This document shows positions 37,034 through 39,245 of a stretch of DNA of 39,245 bases, one piece after another (position 1 is the stretch's first letter; each line of letters opens with the position of its first letter). The position numbers and the translations under genes were made by a program. This stretch comes from Burkholderiales bacterium (GTDB lineage Bacteria; Pseudomonadota; Gammaproteobacteria; Burkholderiales; Burkholderiaceae_C). The stretch spans positions 1 through 39,245 of the forward strand of contig JANOEG010000082.1 in NCBI GenBank assembly GCA_031413095.1, read 5' to 3'. The notes under the pieces were generated by a model, which saw nothing but the letters and a program-made list of their open reading frames with translations, searched no databases and was not told the DNA's origin.

Positions 37034-37462
37034 ATGAGCAGCGGCTATCTTTGGATCAAGGCTTTCCACATCGTCTTTGTCGCGAGCTGGTTCGCCGGGC
37101 TGTTCTACCTGCCGCGCATCCTGGTCAACTTGGCGCAGGTGCCGGCCGACAGCGCGGCCGAGCGCGCGCGGCTGCTGGGGATGGGGCGGCGCCTGTACCG
37201 CTTCGCCACCCTGCTGATGGTGCCCGCACTAGTGCTCGGCGTGTGGCTATGGCTCGGCTATGGCGTGGGGGGCGGCTGGCTGCACGCCAAGCTGGCCATC
37301 GTGCTGGGCGTGATCGGCTACCACCACATGTGCCGGACGCTGCTGCGCCGCTTCGAGGACGGCAGCAACCGCCGCAGCGAGCGCTGGTTTCGCGTCTTCA
37401 ATGAAGTCTCGGTGCTGATGTTCATCGCAGCGGTCGTCCTGGTTGTCGTGAAGCCGTTTTGA
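37034..37462 (+). CDS. hemJ: Protoporphyrinogen IX oxidase HemJ (UPF0093 / CopD-like)
   Basis: ORF 36977..37462, ATG 37034, 142 aa. MSSGYLWIKAFHIVFVASWFAGLFYLPRILVNLAQ matches the HemJ N-terminus. Four TM segments. Confidence 0.85.
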   Translation: MSSGYLWIKAFHIVFVASWFAGLFYLPRILVNLAQVPADSAAERARLLGMGRRLYRFATLLMVPALVLGVWLWLGYGVGGGWLHAKLAIVLGVIGYHHMCRTLLRRFEDGSNRRSERWFRVFNEVSVLMFIAAVVLVVVKPF

Positions 37463-38637
37463 GCGCGGACAAGAACGCCTCCGCGCTGCGCGCTTCGGGG
37501 CGTGAGGGCTTCGCAGCGGCCGGGCGCCCTCACCGCAGCACCGCCTGGCCGCTGGCGCTGGTGCTGGCCGCGCTGGTGCTGTATGCGAGCCTGTACCCGT
37601 TTGTCGGCTGGCGTTGGCCGCAGGGCATGGTCGGTGCGGACTGGCTGTTGCTGCCGTGGCCGAAGGGGCGCTTGCGCTTCGACGAACTTTCCAACTTTCT
37701 CGGCTATGTGCCGATCGGCGCGTTGCTGGTGATTGCTGTCTTGCGCGGTGGCGAAGGGCGCGGGCTGGCATTGGCAATTGCACTGTGCCTGTCGGCGGCG
37801 CTGTCGTACAGCGTCGAGCTGGCGCAGCAGTTCCTGCCGCCTCGTGTGCCGTCAGCGAAGGATTGCCTGTACAACCTGGGCGGCGCCCTTGCCGGCGCCG
37901 CGATCGCGGTGGCGATTCACGCTGCCGGTTATCTCGAACACTGGCACGCCATTCGCCTGCGCTGGTTCGAGCGCGAAAGCGCCTGGGCGTTCATGCTGCT
38001 CCTGCTGTGGCCCGTCGCGCTGCTATTCCCGGCACCGGCGCCGCTGGCCCTGGGCCACGTCTGGGGCGAAGTGCATGGCTGGTTGCAGGCCGCTTTGGCC
38101 GACACACCCTGGGCCGACGATGCGACGCACTGGTTTGCCGAAGCCGATGAAAACAGGCGCCCGCTGACACGCCTGAAGGAAGTGGTGGTCAGTGGCCTGG
38201 GTTTGCTGGCGCCGTGCCTCGTCGCCTATGCGACCACCCGCCCTGGCTGGCACCGCTTGCTGCTGGTGGCCGGTGCGGCGGTGCTGGCGGTGGGCATGAT
38301 GACGATGTCCACGGCCCTGAACTTCGGCGCCGAGCATGCGTGGGCCTGGTGGTCGCTACACACCGGGCCCGCGCTGCTGATGGGCGCTGGGCTGGCCGTG
38401 GCGCTGGTTGGCATCGGCTCGCGCTCGGCGGCGGCGCTGGGCGTGGTGGCACTCGCGCTCTTCGTGGCGCTGGTCGGCCAGGCGCCGAACGACCCCTACT
38501 TCGCCGCCAGCCTAGCCGGCTGGGAGCAGGGCAGGCTGGTGCGCTTTCACGGCATGGCGCAATGGGTGGGCTGGCTGTGGCCGTACGCGGCCATGGCATG
38601 GCTGCTGATGCGCCTCGTCAGGCCCGCCACGCCATGA
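37459..38637 (+). CDS. VanZ-like family membrane protein with extended multi-TM C-terminal region
   Basis: 392 aa. TTG start overlaps the hemJ stop (TTGA) and is the only start in frame. VanZ-type core ...SNFLGYVPIGALL...SYSVELAQQFLPPRVPSAKDCLYNLGGALAGAAIA.... Confidence 0.75.
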   Translation: MSADKNASALRASGREGFAAAGRPHRSTAWPLALVLAALVLYASLYPFVGWRWPQGMVGADWLLLPWPKGRLRFDELSNFLGYVPIGALLVIAVLRGGEGRGLALAIALCLSAALSYSVELAQQFLPPRVPSAKDCLYNLGGALAGAAIAVAIHAAGYLEHWHAIRLRWFERESAWAFMLLLLWPVALLFPAPAPLALGHVWGEVHGWLQAALADTPWADDATHWFAEADENRRPLTRLKEVVVSGLGLLAPCLVAYATTRPGWHRLLLVAGAAVLAVGMMTMSTALNFGAEHAWAWWSLHTGPALLMGAGLAVALVGIGSRSAAALGVVALALFVALVGQAPNDPYFAASLAGWEQGRLVRFHGMAQWVGWLWPYAAMAWLLMRLVRPATP

Positions 38638-38667
38638 CCGATCGGTGCGCCACCTACAATTTCGCGC

Positions 38668-39003
38668 ATGACGGAACCCAGCTACTACCAGCGCCACATC
38701 TTCTTTTGCCTCAACAAGCGCGATGGCGGTGAAGCCTGCTGCGCCGACCACGATGCGCAGCAGGGCTTTGATCACTGCAAATCCCTCGTCAAGGCAGCGC
38801 GTCTCAATGGCCCCGGCGGCGTGCGGGTCAACAAGGCCGGGTGCCTGGACCGCTGTGCCGGCGGGCCGGTTGCGGTGGTCTATCCAGAAGCCGTCTGGTA
38901 CACGTACGTCGATCGACACGACATCGACGAGATCGTGCAGTCGCATCTTGTCGAGGGCAAGGTGGTCGAGCGCTTGCGTTTGTCGCCTGACGTCGGCCGT
39001 TGA
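38668..39003 (+). CDS. Thioredoxin-like [2Fe-2S] ferredoxin domain protein
   Basis: 111 aa. Cys ligand pattern HIFFCLNKRDGGEACC...AGCLDRCAGGPVAVVYP is typical of this family. Confidence 0.85.
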   Translation: MTEPSYYQRHIFFCLNKRDGGEACCADHDAQQGFDHCKSLVKAARLNGPGGVRVNKAGCLDRCAGGPVAVVYPEAVWYTYVDRHDIDEIVQSHLVEGKVVERLRLSPDVGR

Positions 39004-39245
39004 ACCCGAAGACGCATAAGCAGAGTGTTGCCGGCCCAGCCGGTAATCTGGTCTGCGCGATCGACGAGCCGGAAGCGCCTGCGCGCGGGCTGGCGGTGAT
39101 CTGCCATCCGCACCCGCAGCATGGTGGCACGATGGACAACAAGGTCGTGGTCACTCTGGCGCGCGCGTTTTTGCAATGCGGTTGGCGCGCTGCGCGTTTC
39201 AACTTTCGCGGCATCGGCGGCTCGGCTGGCGCGTGGGATGAAGGC
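39000..39245 (+). CDS. Alpha/beta hydrolase (COG2945-like), 3' end outside the window
   Basis: Not in the ORF track because there is no stop inside the window. My own translation from TTG 39000 (TTGA overlap with the ferredoxin stop): NPKTHKQSVAGPAGNLVCAIDEPEAPARGLAVICHPHPQHGGTMDNKVVVTLARAFLQCGWRAARFNFRGIGGSAGAWDEG. The HPHPxxGGTMxNKVV block is characteristic. Confidence 0.65.
   Translation, partial: MNPKTHKQSVAGPAGNLVCAIDEPEAPARGLAVICHPHPQHGGTMDNKVVVTLARAFLQCGWRAARFNFRGIGGSAGAWDEG

Overview
Visibly GC-rich chromosomal segment whose gene content and order (tandem lpxL paralogues-dapF-DUF484-xerC, a Bug/TctC binding protein, a TRAP transporter) suggest core genome of a betaproteobacterium, probably Burkholderiales; this assignment is inference. 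I call 45 protein-coding loci, two of them cut by the window edges and one apparently frameshifted. They are tightly packed, with many 1-4 nt start/stop overlaps. Housekeeping blocks: lipid A late acyltransferases, dapF, DUF484, xerC, rlmI, lrp/asnC, glmS, ruvA/ruvB, phoH-ybeY, corA-hemB, hemJ, VanZ-like protein, 2Fe-2S ferredoxin. Signalling genes: a GGDEF cyclase, an HD-GYP phosphodiesterase, and a 7TMR-DISM histidine kinase with a LuxR-type response regulator. The only accessory-looking block (10.2-23.1 kb) is aromatic-acid catabolism. It holds a 10-gene gentisate-type operon (3-hydroxybenzoate 6-hydroxylase, FAH-family hydrolase, gentisate 1,2-dioxygenase, a second large flavin hydroxylase plus DUF2783, TRAP dctQM/dctP, amidohydrolase-2). 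A divergent MarR regulator and a PhtD-like / Bug / class II aldolase trio sit next to it. I found no CRISPR array, transposase or IS, phage genes, rRNA or tRNA genes, and no recognisable defence system. The points most worth a second look are: (1) the gentisate dioxygenase is split by a 1-nt frameshift in a G4 run; (2) a well-structured, about 110-nt candidate sRNA or leader with a strong intrinsic terminator and a CCUCCC loop lies between hemB and a PEP-CTERM gene; (3) the membership of the gentisate operon is unusual; (4) a short GC-rich hairpin repeat family recurs in several spacers; (5) a tRNA T-arm-like minihelix sits at the glmS/GGDEF junction. Start codons marked uncertain were chosen by homology logic only.
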